A program made the translations under genes and the position numbers. Of a stretch of 64,000 nt of DNA, positions 24,801 through 37,240 are shown in pieces. Source of the DNA: Macrostomum lignano (Eukaryota); contig NIVC01003620.1 of NCBI GenBank assembly GCA_002269645.1, positions 1 through 64,000 of the forward strand, in the 5' to 3' direction. Positions within the stretch are counted from its first letter, which is position 1. Every line of letters starts with the position of its first letter. The notes under the pieces were generated by a model. It was given only the letters and a program-made list of their open reading frames with translations, did no database searches and was not told the origin of the DNA.

Positions 24801-27800
24801 GTGTGTTTCCCGCTGGTGTGTTTCCCGCTGGTGTGTTTCCCGCTGGTGTGTGTCCCGCTGGTGTGTGTCCCGCTGGTGTGTACTGCCAGTGTGTGTCCCG
24901 CTGGTGTGTTTCCCGCTGGTGTGTGTCCCGCTGGTGTGTTTCCCGCTGGTGTGTTTCCCGCTGGTGTGTGTCCCGCTGGTGTGTACTGCCAGTGTGTGTC
25001 CCGCTGGTGTGTTTACTGCCCGCTGGTGTGTGTCCCAGAATAAAAAACAGAAAATCTCGCATTACCATTTTTTGTTTTACCTTTGCACGCAGTCGTTTTG
25101 CAACGAAGATAAAATTGGCGACTACACTGTCCAGCACCCGGTAGCCAACCTGCCTGTTGCGGCCAGGTATTCCGTCGATTGCAACTGGTACCGCGGCGTT
25201 ATTGAGTCCTACTCGCCTGATGGCATCTCCGTGCTTTTTACCGACTATGGCAACAGAGAGGTGCACAAAGACAATCAGTTTATAAAATATCTTACAAAGC
25301 GATTTTATCAGCCTCACTCCATGTGCTGGCGTTGCTCAATGTACGGCGTGTCTGCCGGCGACCAATCGCCCAGGATGAAGTGAGTATATGCATGCACCCG
25401 ACTGTGAGGCAGGCTGGTTAGGCTGCTCGCTGTGCCTGTTGATTGCGCTAAATGTGTTGTGGTGGGGCAGCCATTTACCTGTCAGTCATTTATAAAGGTG
25501 GGGCAGCCTGCCAGTCAGTATTATACAGGTAGGGCAGCCTGCCAGTCAGTATTATACAGGTGGGGCAGCCTGCCAGTCAGTATTATACAGGTGGGGCAGC
25601 CTGCCATTAATTAGTGCACAGGTAGTCATTACTTAGCTACATTCCCATCGCAGGTACCGCCAGAAGCAGCTGAAAGACATGCTTCAACAGTCCCATGTAT
25701 TCAACTTTCTCTGCATGGATACGCCGAGTACGGTGGACCCGAACAGCGACGGCTTGCCCACAGTTCCGGTTGGCGTGTACGAGCTGAACACGCCTGTGTG
25801 CCTAAATGTTCGCCTATACGATGAGGGTGTCTACTCGGACATGCCGGCTGACGCCTTGGCCAGGCTAGTTAAGGAGGCTCCGGTGCCTGTCAGGTCCCGA
25901 TTTGTCCGTTTAAACGAGAGCACGGGCGAGGTAACGGTGCTGCCGCGAGCCCAGCCGGCTACCCGAGGCAGTCGCGTCAAAGCCGCGGCCAGAGCGTCGG
26001 CAAATTCGACGCCGTCGGATTCGAATGTGTCCGACTCGCGATCGAGCACGCCAGCAGCCGCGCCGTCAGTGGATGTTGAGCCAATCAGCGAGAACTACCA
26101 ACTGCTGGAGCCCTGGCTAGCTAAACTAGTCCTCACTGGCAAGCTGGATCATGCCGCCTGTACAGTCACTAGCATAGTTAATCCCGGCCTGTTCTACATC
26201 CGGCCTGAGAATGACATTGGCCGAGCGGCCGCGACTGAGCTCAATCATTTATTAGCTAGATTTTCGCCGCGCAACAATAACTCAGCGCCGAGACCGCTGC
26301 CACCGGATGCGCCTCCGACCGTACTGGCCTGCGTTCGGAAGCCTAATCTATTGTGGTACCGCTGTCGGCTGCTTCAGCGATCGTCTACAGCTGACACATG
26401 CACAGTGCTGCTGATTGATAGCGGGTATGTCAACTGTTCACCTGGGCTTGTAGGGATGCTGGAATTCATTTCACTTAGTCCCTATAGATAGAATATCTGA
26501 GCACTCTCAGTCCCTATAGATAGACCAGCTGAGCACTCTCAGTCTCTATAGATAGATTATTTGAGCACTCTCAATCCCTATAGATAGATTATTTGAGCAC
26601 TCTCAATTCCTGTAGATAGACCAGCTGAGCACTCTCAATTCCTGTAGATAGACCAGCTGAGCACTCTCAATTCCTGTAGATAGACCAGCTGAGCACTCTC
26701 AATCCCTATATATAGACCAGCTGAGCACTCTCAATCCCTATAGATAGATTATTTGAGCACTCTCAATCCCTATAGATAGATTATTTGAGCACTCTCAATT
26801 CCTGTAGATAGACCAGCTGAGCACTCAGTCCCTAAAGATAGACCAGCTGAGCACTCTCAATCCCTGTAGTTAAACCGTCTGAGCACCCTCAATCCTTATA
26901 GAACCTAGATAGACCATTTGAGGACAGTCAATCCTTATAGAACCTAGATAGACCATTTGAGCACTCTCAATCCTTATAGAACCTAGATAGACCATTTGAG
27001 GACACTCAATCCTTATAGAACCTAGATAGACCATTTGACACCCTCAATCCTTATAGAACCTAGATAGACCATTTGAGCACCCTCAATCCTTATAGAACCT
27101 AGATAGACCATTTGAGGACACTCAATCCTTATAGAACCTAGATAGACCATTTGAGGACACTCAATCCTTATAGAACCTAGATAGACCATTTGAGCACCCT
27201 CAATCCTTATAGAACCTAGATAGACCATTTGAGGACACTCAATCCTTATAGAACCTAGATAGACCATTTGAGCACCCTCAATCCTTATAGAACCTAGATA
27301 GACCATTTGAGGACACTCAATCCTTATAGAACCTAGATAGACCATTTGAGCACCCTCAATCCTTATAGAACCTAGATAGACCATTTGAGCACTCTCAATC
27401 CTTATAGAACCTAGATAGACCATTTGAGCACCCTCAATCCTTATAGAACCTAGATAGACCATTTGAGCACCCTCAATCCTTATAGAACCTAGATAGACCA
27501 TTTGAGCACTCTCAATCCTTATAGAACCTAGATAGACAATTTGAGCACCCTCAATCCTTATAGAACCTAGATAGACCATTTGAGCACCCTCAATCCTTAT
27601 AGAACCTAGATAGACCATTTGAGCACCCTCAATCCTTATAGAACCTAGATAGACCATTTGAGCACTCTCAATCCTTATAGAACCTAGATAGACAATTTGA
27701 GCACTCTCAATCCTTATAGAACCTAGATAGACCATTTGAGCACTCTCAATCCTTATAGAACCTAGATAGACCATTTGAGCACCCTCACTCAATCCTTATA

Positions 27801-30800
27801 GAACCTAGATAGACCATTTGAGCACCCTCAATCCTTATAGAACCTAGATAGACCATTTGAGCACTCTCAATCCTTATAGAACCTAGATAGACCATTTGAG
27901 CACCCTCAATCCTTATAGAACCTAGATAGACCATTTGAGCACTCTCAATCCTTATAGAACCTAGATAGACCATTTGAGCACTCTCAATCCTTATAGAACC
28001 TAGATAGACCATTTGAGCACCCTCAATCCTTATAGAACCTAGATAGACCATTTGAGGACACTCAATCCTTACCCGCCTGGCTGTCGTAATCCGGTTTTCA
28101 TCCGGAGCGACGTCCGGAATTTCATCCGGTACGTAATACAAATGTCCCATTTAAAAACCGGATGAGAGCCGGATGAAAAGTTTACAAACCGGATGAAAAC
28201 ATGCATATTTGACCTTTCATCCGGGTGTTCAACCAACATTAGTCCGGAAATTCATCCGGGAAGCTATCCGGAAAGCCGCGGAGAACAGGGCGGAGCGAAT
28301 TCCGGAGCGAATCCGGACGAAATGTATGCACGCCTCCACCAGATGAGAAACCGGACGAAATTCCGGATGAATGCCGGATCAAATGTATGCACATGTCTAC
28401 CGGATGAGAAACCGGACGAAATTCCGGATGAATGCCGGATCAAATGTATGCACATGTCTACCGGATGAGAAACCGGACGAAATTCCGGATGAATGTCAGA
28501 TCAAATGTATGCACATGTCTACCGGATGAGAAACCGGACGAAATTCCGGATGAATGCCAGATCAAATGTATGCACATGTCTACCGGATGGTAAAGCAGAT
28601 GACATGTTAAAGAACTAAGTAAGGTTGACAACAAGACGAAATCTTTTGAAAACGTAAGAAAACAAATTGCTGGAAACACCTCAAAGAAAGCAAGGTATAT
28701 TGCACTTGCACAGAGGGTGGCCAACCTCTAATTCACTGTGCTGGATAGAGTAGTGGAAGCTGAATATATTGAGACCGAAGATAATTGTTAAAGTTGCGTG
28801 TCGCTAAAAATGCAAATACACAAGACATGCTTGAGTCAAAAATAGAATGGAAAAACCTCACATTGGGTGGACAAATCAGGAGAAATGGAGAATAAGACGA
28901 CACACTGTCTTTTGGGCGGCTACAAATTAGTACCAGGCAGAAAAACTAGAAATTTCACAGAAGAAAAACTTCCAGCTACACGAAGAAACAGGCGCAGAAA
29001 AAAACTCACTTATAAAATTGGGGACAACAGAAAAAATAGCGACATATACATTTTTCCATACTGGGAGTGAAACAGAAAGTGTCAACAGAAAACCAGAAAC
29101 GCAGACCCGAGGGCGATATTACCTATCTGCAGAACAGTGATTACTGTACACGTTAGTAACGTTAAGTAACGTTACTGTTCTAAAACACCCACCATGATGT
29201 ACAGATTGCAGGCGATGGGTACATCGTGCACTTTACATACTGCAGAATTTTTGAGGAATTTTTGTCCTCATGATATGCTACTGTCTAATCGAGCACATGC
29301 TCTTAAGACCCCTAGGCGCTACATATTTGATTCGTGACCAATATTAAGTTGCAGTCGCAGAAGCAGTAGTGTCATGAGCATATTCGCGCCACGCCGCGGC
29401 CACTGGCAATGGCACACGGCTCCCTCTTATATCCTATAGACTGCGACAAAACGACTGGCCCACGACTATATAGCCTACTATCCCATCAGGGAAAGTAGCA
29501 TATCTTCCGCATTGTCCACATCGCCGGCCGGACGCTGACTTGTGGGCCCAACCTCTGCGAAGACAGTTCTGGCCAGGTCAAAGATCGCGCTAGCGGGGGC
29601 TGTTTATTTAAGTTTAACACAGAAAAGGGATGACTTCTTAAAAAAACACAATAACACAGCTATTTTAAAAAAGCACAGAAAAACACAAATAAAACAGCAG
29701 TGGTCACACTGGTCACTCATTACATATTTCTTTACCTAATAACAACTCAACGCGGTCTTGCAAATTACATACTCATAAAAAATCCAAGTCCCCTTTCTGA
29801 ACTCGGTATTTCATCCGGACTTCTTCCGTTTCGTGCATCGGTCTTTATCCGGCTTTCGGCGGGTCAATGGACGGATGTAAAACCGGACGAAATTCCGGAC
29901 CAAAATATGCTTTCTTCCGGTTTTTATCCGGTTTTCAATCCGGCTGATTGTTCGATTTTAATCGACGAGTCAACCGGATCAAAAACCGGATGAAAAGAGT
30001 CACAAAGAGAACTCTTTCATCCGGCTTTACTCCGGATTTCGGCCCGGTTTTTGGTCCGGAAAAAAAACCGGATCAAAACCGGATCAACATCTTTTTGGTC
30101 CGGAAACACCCCCCTAAAACGGGTTAAACCGGACGAGGCCGGATGAAAACCGGATTACGACAGCCAGGCGGGTATAGAACCTAGATAGACCATTTGAGCA
30201 CTCTCAATCCTTATAGAACCTAGATAGACAATTTGAGCACCCTCAATCCTTATAGAACCTAGATAGACCATTTGAGCACCCTCAATCCTTATAGAACCTA
30301 GATAGACCATTTGAGCACTCTCAATCCTTATAGAACCTAGATAGACAATTTGAGCACCCTCAATCCTTATAGAACCTAGATAGACCATTTGAGCACCCTC
30401 AATCCTTATAGAACCTAGATAGACAATTTGAGCACTCTCAATCCCATCAGCCCCGCCAAACGCACACTGCAGCGAAGAGTACAACACGCCAGCCAATGCG
30501 ATATTCGAAATCACCGACAATCAACTGGCCTCTATGCCGCCCCTGGCTGTGCCCTGCCGCCTGTACGGCGCTATTCCGGCCGGCGGCCAGCGCTGGACTC
30601 GCACCTCCGCCGAGGCGATGCGCAGTCACCTCGCTAGGCGAGAATATTTCGCCCACATGTGCGCTCTAGTCATGAGCGAGGAGGCCTCAACAACGGCTGC
30701 TAATGCAGAGGCGTCGCAGCAACGGCTTGCCGCTGTCGACCTGTTGCTGTGCAACAGCGATGGCCAGTGCAACCGGCTAAGCAGCATGCTGCGCCTGGAG

Positions 30801-33800
30801 GGCGTGGCCCTGCGACACGTCGAGCCGGTGCCGCCCGAGGCCGCTTATCAACGCCTGGCTGAAGCGTTGCAGAAAACTTTTGCGGAAAAACGCGACGAAA
30901 ACTTGCGACTCCGCGACGCGGAGGCCGCCGCCACCGCCGACGCTCTTAAGTCTTCAAATTTAGCCGAACAGATGCCGCAGTGTGTGAGTTGCTACTAATT
31001 TGCACAGTATCGATTATCGGTTTTGCCACTTAAGCCTTTTTGATTTAGTCATTTTCGTTATGAAATCCAGATGTTAATCTACTCACATCTCACTGTCACC
31101 AGCTCTCATCTCACTGTCACTAACTCTTATCTCACTGTTACCAATTGTCATCTCACTGTTACCAATTGTCATCTCACTGTGACCAACTCACATCTCACTG
31201 TGACCAACTCACATCTCACTGTTACCAACTCACATCTCACTGTCACCAACTCTAATCTCACTGTCACCAACTCACATCTCACTGTGACCAACTCTCATCT
31301 CACTGTTACCAATTGTCATCTCACTGTGACCAACTCTCATCTCACTGTTACCAATTGTCATCTCACTGTGACCAACTCTCATCTCACTGTCACCAACTCA
31401 CATCTCACTGTTACCAATTGTCATCTCACTGTCACCAACTCACATCTCACTGTTACCAACTCACATCTCACTGTCACCAACTCTAATCTCACTGTCACCA
31501 ACTCACATCTCACTGTGACCAACTCTCATCTCACTGTTACCAATTGTCATCTAACTGTGACCAACTCACATCTCACTGTCACCAACTCACATCTCACTGT
31601 CAAAATCTAATCTCACTGGCACCAACTCACATCTCACTGGCACCAACTCACATCTCACTGTCACCAACTCTCATCTCACTGTCACCAACTCACATCTCAC
31701 TTTCACCAACTCACATCTCACTGTCACCAACTCACATCTCACTTTCACCAACTCACATCTCACTGTCACCAACTCTCATCTCACTGTCACCAACTCTCAT
31801 CTCACTGTCAAAATCTAATCTCACTGTGACCAACTCACATCTCACTGTGACCAATTGTCATCTCACTGTGACCAACTCACATCTCACTGGCACCAACTCA
31901 CATCTCACTGTGACCAACTCACATCTCACTGTGACCAACTCACATCTCACTGTGACCAACTCACATCTCACTGTGACCAACTCACATCTCACTGTGACCA
32001 ACTCTCATCTCACTGTTACCAATTGTCATCTCACTGTGACCAACTCACATCTCACTGTGACCAACTCACATCTCACTGTGACCAACTCACATCTCACTGG
32101 CACCAACTCACATCTCACTGTGACCAACTCACATCTCACTGTGACCAACTCACATCTCACTGTGACCAACTCTCATCTCACTGTTACCAATTGTCATCTC
32201 ACTGTGACCAACTCACATCTCACTGTGACCAACTCACATCTCACTGTGACCAACTCACATCTCACTGTGACCAACTCTCATCTCACTGTTACCAATTGTC
32301 ATCTCACTGTGACCAACTCACATCTCACTGTGACCAACTCACATCTCACTGTGACCAACTCACATCTCACTGTGACCAACTCACATCTCACTGTGACCAA
32401 CTCTCATCTCACTGTCTCTAACTCTCATCTCACTGTGACCAACTCTCATCTCACTGTCTCTAACTCTCATCTCACTGTGACCAACTCTCATCTCACTGTC
32501 TCTAACTCTCATCTCACTGTGACCAACTCTCATCTCACTGTCTCTAACTATCCCAGGACATCAGTGCTGCTAAAGAAGACGCGACACCGCAGCAGATGCA
32601 GCGACAACAGCCAAACATTGCTGACGAACCAAATTCGGACGATGAGTTCGAACTTAACGAAGAATTCCTTTTGAAGCCATCTGATGAGGACGGAGACTGG
32701 GTGATTGGCGACCCGTCGCCTCCGTCTGCCGCTGCCGCAGCTCCTCCAGCCGCCGCCGCCGCCACAGAAGACTCCTCAGCCTCCACGTCCACCAGCTTTG
32801 TAAGTGTCACAGCCGAAGCAGCTAATTCGAAACCGGAAGCGGAAGTAGAAGCAGAACCGGAAGCGGAGGCGGAGGCAGAACCCGAACCGGTAGTGGAAGC
32901 AGAACAGGAAACGGAACCGGAAGCAGACGCAGAACCGGAAGTAGAAGCAGACGCAGAACCGGAAGTAGAAGCAGACGCAGAACCGGAAGTGGAAGCAGAA
33001 GCAGATCCGGAAGCGGAAGCGGACAACGCCGTTGCTAACAACGCTTCAACCTTGCCTAAGAATGCTTTGTCAGATCTGCCTTCCGTTCGTCCTCTGGGCG
33101 ACCAATTCCGTTGGCCAAATATTCAAGTCGGACCGCTGCGAGAGCCAATCCAAGCTAAGCTGAGTCATCTGGACTGCTCGGATGAGCGAATGGTAATCTA
33201 TATGCAGCGATCCGACGAGCGCAGCGAGGCGCTTCTGACGGAGTTGCGCCATGCGCTGCACACTGTCTATTCTGCAGTGTCCTATGCTCAGTACGATTTC
33301 GATGTCCTAGTTGAAGATTGGGCGAGGCGGTAAGCTTTTCTTTACTTTGATCCCGCCACCCCAGATCGGAAAATGTACATTCCTGCCTGACCAGCGCCCA
33401 CCCCAGATCGGATAATGTACATTCCCTCCTGACCAGCGCCCACCCCAGATCGTATAATGTACATTCCCTCCTGACTAGCGCCCACCCCAGATCGTATAAT
33501 GTACATTCCCTCCTGACCAGCGCCCACCCCAGATCGGATAATGTACATTCCCTCTTGACTGGCAACCCCTCCCAGATCGGATAATGTACATTCCCTCCTG
33601 GCCGGCGCCCACACCAGATCGGATAATGTACATTCCCTGAGACTGCACCCACCCCAGACCGGATAATGTACATTCCCTGAGACCGGCACCCACCCCAGAT
33701 CGGATAATGTACATTCCCTGAGACCGGCACCCACCCCAGATCGGATAATGTACATTCCCTGAGACCGGCACCCACCCCAGATCGGATAATGAACATTCCC

Positions 33801-36800
33801 TGAGACCGGCACCCACCCCAGATTGGATAATGTGTACACATTTCCTCAGCCGCAGCGGCAATTCCTCAAGCGCCGAACTGAAATGTTTAAATTTTCGCAA
33901 CCGCAGGTCGGTGGTGTTCGAGTCTGACGGAGTCTGGTGCCGCGGTCGCGTGCTTAACTACGTCAGAGAGCAGGGCCTGTTTTTCCTGCTAGATATTGAC
34001 ACGGGCTACTCCAAGGTGATGCCCACTGGCAACATGAGACCCGTGTTCGACTGCGAAGGCCTCACCGGTGGCGACCTGTCCGAGTCGATTAGCCTCATCA
34101 AATCTACTCCGCCATTCGCTCTACCAATCACTCTTTGGGATTTGTATCCCACAGATCCCGAGCACTTCGATAGTCACACGTTCCGCGACTGGCGGCCCTA
34201 CCAGAAGACCATCGGCGCCCTGCTGACTAGCAGTGCCAAACTACGCGTTTACATTGTACGCAAAGCATTCTGTCCGGCCACCAATGAGCTGCTGCTTGCG
34301 TCCATTGTTCTGCTGCCAGACAATCGAGAGATTAGCCAGGAGCTTATTGATGGCCTGCCGTGGCTTGATCGGGACCAGAAACTGTTTAAAATGGCCTACA
34401 GGTCAGGCTTTGTAATTTAATCGTATTAATTTCTTGAGTCCTTTTTCCTGTTCGTTGGGCTGTCTTCTAATCATTTCCCCTATCCTTTCGTGTCCCTTTC
34501 CCTATCCTTTCTGGTCCTTTTCCCTATCCTTTCTGGTCCCTTTCCGGCTCCTTTCTGGTCCTTTTCCGGCTCCTTTCTGGTCCTTTTCCCTATCCTTTCT
34601 GGTCCTTTTCCGGCTCCTTTCTGGTCCTTTTCCCTATCCTTTCTGGTCCTTTTCCCTATCCTTTCTGGTCCTTTTCCGGCTCCTTTCTGGTCCTTTTCCG
34701 GCTCCTTTCTGGTCCTTTTCCCTATCCTTTCTGGTCCTTTTCCGGCTCCTTTCTGGTCCTTTTCCCTATCCTTTCTGGTCCTTTTCCGGCTCCTTTCTGG
34801 TCCTTTTCCCTATCCTTTCTGGTCCTTTTCCCTATCCTTTCTGGTCCTTTTCCCTATCCTTTCTGGTCCTTTTCCGGCTCCTTTCTGGTCCTTTTCCCTA
34901 TCCTTTCTGGTCCTTTTCCCTATCCTTTCTGGTCCTTTTCCGGCTCCTTTCTGGTCCTTTTCCGGCTCCTTTCTGGTCCTTTTCCCTATCCTTTCTGGTC
35001 CTTTTCCGGCTCCTTTCTGGTCCTTTTCCCTATCTTTTCTGGTCCTTTTCCGGCTCCTTTCTGGTCCTTTTCCGGCTCCTTTCTGGTCCTTTTCCGGCTC
35101 CTTTCTGGTCCTTTTCCCTATCCTTTCTGGTCCCTTTCCGGCTCCTTTCTGGTCCTTTTCCGGGTCCTTTCTGGCCGTTTTGTGTCCCTTCTGGTCCTTC
35201 AGATGGCCTTCTGGTTCATTTCATGGTACTTACGACTGCCTTTTGCAGTTTGAATCCTTCGCACAGCATTCTACAACCTGCGTCATTTATAAAAAAATCC
35301 GGTTCATTCGGTCATTTTGGCTTCTAATCTCTATGCTAAAGTTCTACCTGATCGAACTGTTAATTAATTGGGGCTTTTAGAAACTTCAGTCGCTAAGAAT
35401 AAACTGCCAACCCCCCCGCTGAGTCAGGTACGACCTCATGGATCCCGATCGACCGTTCGTGCCATTGCCGCTGCAGCCTTCGCGCTACGCTTCAATCGGC
35501 CTGCCGCCAACCAGCGAGCCCTGCCCAGTAGAGGCCACGGACATTTTGGACCTGCCCTGCGTAGTGTCTCTACAGCTGCTGCCGCTGGACTCCGCAGCCG
35601 ATCGGCCAATGAGCGACTGGCGTCGACTTGTCAATCAGACTTATCAGCGGCTTGTGTGCGGCGATCTGTACCACAGGCTGCAGACTGAGGGCCCCAGGCA
35701 GCCACCGCTGCCTGAAGTGAGTTGTGATGTACTTGGATGCGCAATCCGAGCCACCACTACACCACATTCACCCAATCCAAGCCCCTCATCCACCCAATTC
35801 AAGCCACTATATTCACCCAATTCAAGCCACTACATTCACCCAATTTAAGCCACTATATTCACCCAATTCAAGCCCCTCATTCACCCAATTCAAGCCACTA
35901 CATTCACCCAATTCAAGCCACTATATTCACCCAATTCAAGCCACTATATTCACCCAATTCAAGCCCCTCATTCACCCAATTCAAGCCACTACATTCACCC
36001 AATTCAAGCCACTATATTCACCCAATTCAAGCCCCTCATTCACCCAATTCAAGCCACTACATTCACCCAATTCAAGCCACTATATTCACCCAATTCAAGC
36101 CCCTCATTCACCCAATTCAAGCCACTACATTCACCCAATTCAAGCCCCTCATTCACCCAATTCAAGCCACTACATTCACCCAATTCAAGCCACTATATTC
36201 ACCCAATTCAAGCCACTACATTCACCCAATTCAAGCCACTATATTCACCCAATTCAAGCCACCACATTCACCCAATTCAAGCCACTATATTCACCCAATT
36301 CAAGCCCCTCATTCACCCAATTCTAGCCACTACATTCACCCAATTCAAGCCCCTACATTCACCCAATTCAAGCCACTACATTCACCCAATTCAAGCCACT
36401 ATATTCACCCAATTCAAGCCACTACATTCACCCAATTCAAGCCACTATATTCACCCAATTCAAGCCACTACATTCACCCAATTCAAGCCACTATATTCAC
36501 CCAATTCAAGCCCCTCATTCACCCAATTCAAGCCACTACATTCACCCAATTCTAGCCACTACATTCACCCAATTCAAGCCCCTACATTCACCCAATTCAA
36601 GCCCATCATTCACCAAATCCACACCACAATACACCGAATGCCAATCCACATCACTCATTCACTCAATCGCGTTCTCATTTTCATCACTCATTCCCCTCGC
36701 TCACCCAACCAGGGCGTGGATATTCCGTGCGCCTGCGTGGCGAAATTCTCCGAGGACGGCGTGTGGTACCGCGCCGAGGTGCTTCTGTTTAAGGAAGACA

Positions 36801-37240
36801 CGATGTTAGTGTACTTTGTGGACTACGGCAACGCCGAGTACATGAGCCTGGCCAGGAGTGAGTGCAATCTACGCCAGCCTTTGTTCCTCGACGAGCCCTG
36901 TCTGGCTGTCCGCTGCCGGCTCCAGGGTCTTGTGCGGCATCCCGATCGCGACCTGGATGACCTGCCAACCCGCAGTCTCTCCGCTCAGGTGATCAGCTGC
37001 CTCGTCGCTACCGGAGCTGCTCATGATGACGATAAGCAGCAGCCGCCGGAGCAGAAGCAACTCTGGCTTGACGTCAAACGTCGATACGATGATGGAGTTC
37101 GTCAACCGGATGTTGTTCTCTACGACGATGCCAAACTGACCGCGTCTGCCAATGAGCGCCTGCTGGATGCCAAATTGATGACAATCAGGCGCGACTATCC
37201 CGACGATGCCACGTTTAATAGTGGGTTCCAGCTGGTTTGA
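15883..37240 (+). CDS. RNF17: RING-Bbox1-Bbox2-coiled-coil-5xTudor protein (RNF17/TDRD4/Drosophila Qin-Kumo-like), 5' exon not located
   Basis: Exons 15883-16022, 16334-16458, 16550-16620, 16718-16824, 20495-20814, 21324-22803, 25093-25379, 25654-26424, 30473-30983, 32557-33329, 33907-34401, 35428-35716, 36713-37240. All introns are GT-AG and phase-consistent, giving ~1960 codons with no frameshift. RING LTCGHNVCTEC..WTCRVDGC; B-box CSACK..KCVECNDSLFCHSCF..FH; B-box CVTCASLICSAC..EHADH; Tudor motifs DWCRA..FPDYGN, NWYRG..FTDYGN, LWYRC..LIDSG, VWCRG..DIDTG, VWYRA..FVDYGN. Confidence 0.85.
16866..20425. repeat. 38-bp satellite (GTGAGCCAATCTGTCTGACCCAGCTCACTGTCTCCAGA) with 49-bp variant
   Basis: Roughly 90 copies filling RNF17-like intron 16825-20494. 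Confidence 0.97.
20876..21244. repeat. 25-bp G-rich minisatellite (GGCGGCTTGAAGTGGGGTGGTGGGT)
   Basis: About 14 copies in intron 20815-21323. Confidence 0.95.
22900..25036. repeat. 15-bp minisatellite (CCGCTGGTGTGTGTC)
   Basis: About 140 copies in intron 22804-25092; source of the PAGVC/VPLVC ORFs. Confidence 0.97.
25498..25604. repeat. 31-bp minisatellite (GGGCAGCCTGCCAGTCAGTATTATACAGGT+N)
   Basis: About 3.5 copies in intron 25380-25653. Confidence 0.85.
26476..30445. repeat. 32- to 39-bp minisatellite (CTCAATCCTTATAGAACCTAGATAGACCATTTGAGCACT), interrupted by a DNA transposon at 28072-30172
   Basis: Tandem copies at 26476-28071 and 30173-30445; MVYLGSIRIEGAQ 13-aa periodicity in the minus-strand ORFs. 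Confidence 0.97.
28072..30172. mobile_element. Non-autonomous DNA transposon, 2101 bp, 34-bp perfect TIRs, TA TSD (probably CACTA/EnSpm, CMC group)
   Basis: Left end CCCGCCTGGCTGTCGTAATCCGGTTTTCATCCGG; right end is its exact reverse complement. TA duplicated at 28070-71 and 30173-74 within a CCT-TA-TAGAACC repeat unit. Many subterminal CCGGATGAAA-like motifs in both orientations; internal 61-bp tandem repeats at ~28340-28590; no transposase ORF. Confidence 0.9.
31081..32548. repeat. 21-bp minisatellite (CTCACATCTCACTGTGACCAA)
   Basis: About 70 copies in intron 30984-32556. Confidence 0.97.
33353..33836. repeat. 41-42-bp minisatellite (CCCACCCCAGATCGGATAATGTACATTCCCTGAGACCGGCA)
   Basis: About 11 copies in intron 33330-33906. 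Confidence 0.95.
34491..35170. repeat. 22-bp pyrimidine-rich minisatellite (CTTTCTGGTCCTTTTCCCTATC / ...CCGGCTC)
   Basis: About 30 copies in intron 34402-35427. Confidence 0.95.
35765..36612. repeat. 22-23-bp minisatellite (ATTCACCCAATTCAAGCCACTAT)
   Basis: About 37 copies in intron 35717-36712. Confidence 0.95.

Noticed and set aside
22837-25144. Long ORFs (760, 498 and 241 aa; PAGVC/VPLVC/GHTPA repeats)
   Set aside because: Translations of the stop-free 15-bp minisatellite inside a GT-AG intron
27022-28150. MVYLGSIRIEGAQ repeat ORFs
   Set aside because: Minus-strand read-through of the 39-bp intronic minisatellite
28611-28720. Short frame KELSKVDNKTKSF..ARYIALAQRVANL as a transposase remnant
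   Set aside because: Only ~36 codons with no catalytic motif; resemblance too weak
31071-32674. HLTVTNS and SHCDQLT repeat ORFs resembling ice-binding or metal-binding repeat proteins
   Set aside because: 21-bp intronic minisatellite; the flanking exons splice in phase around it
32544-33041. Minus-strand Ser/Ala-rich ORF
   Set aside because: Antisense shadow of the acidic EPEAEA linker exon of the RNF17-like gene
34434-36555. SGPFP/FWSFS and HPIQA/TQFKP repeat ORFs
   Set aside because: 22-23-bp intronic minisatellites
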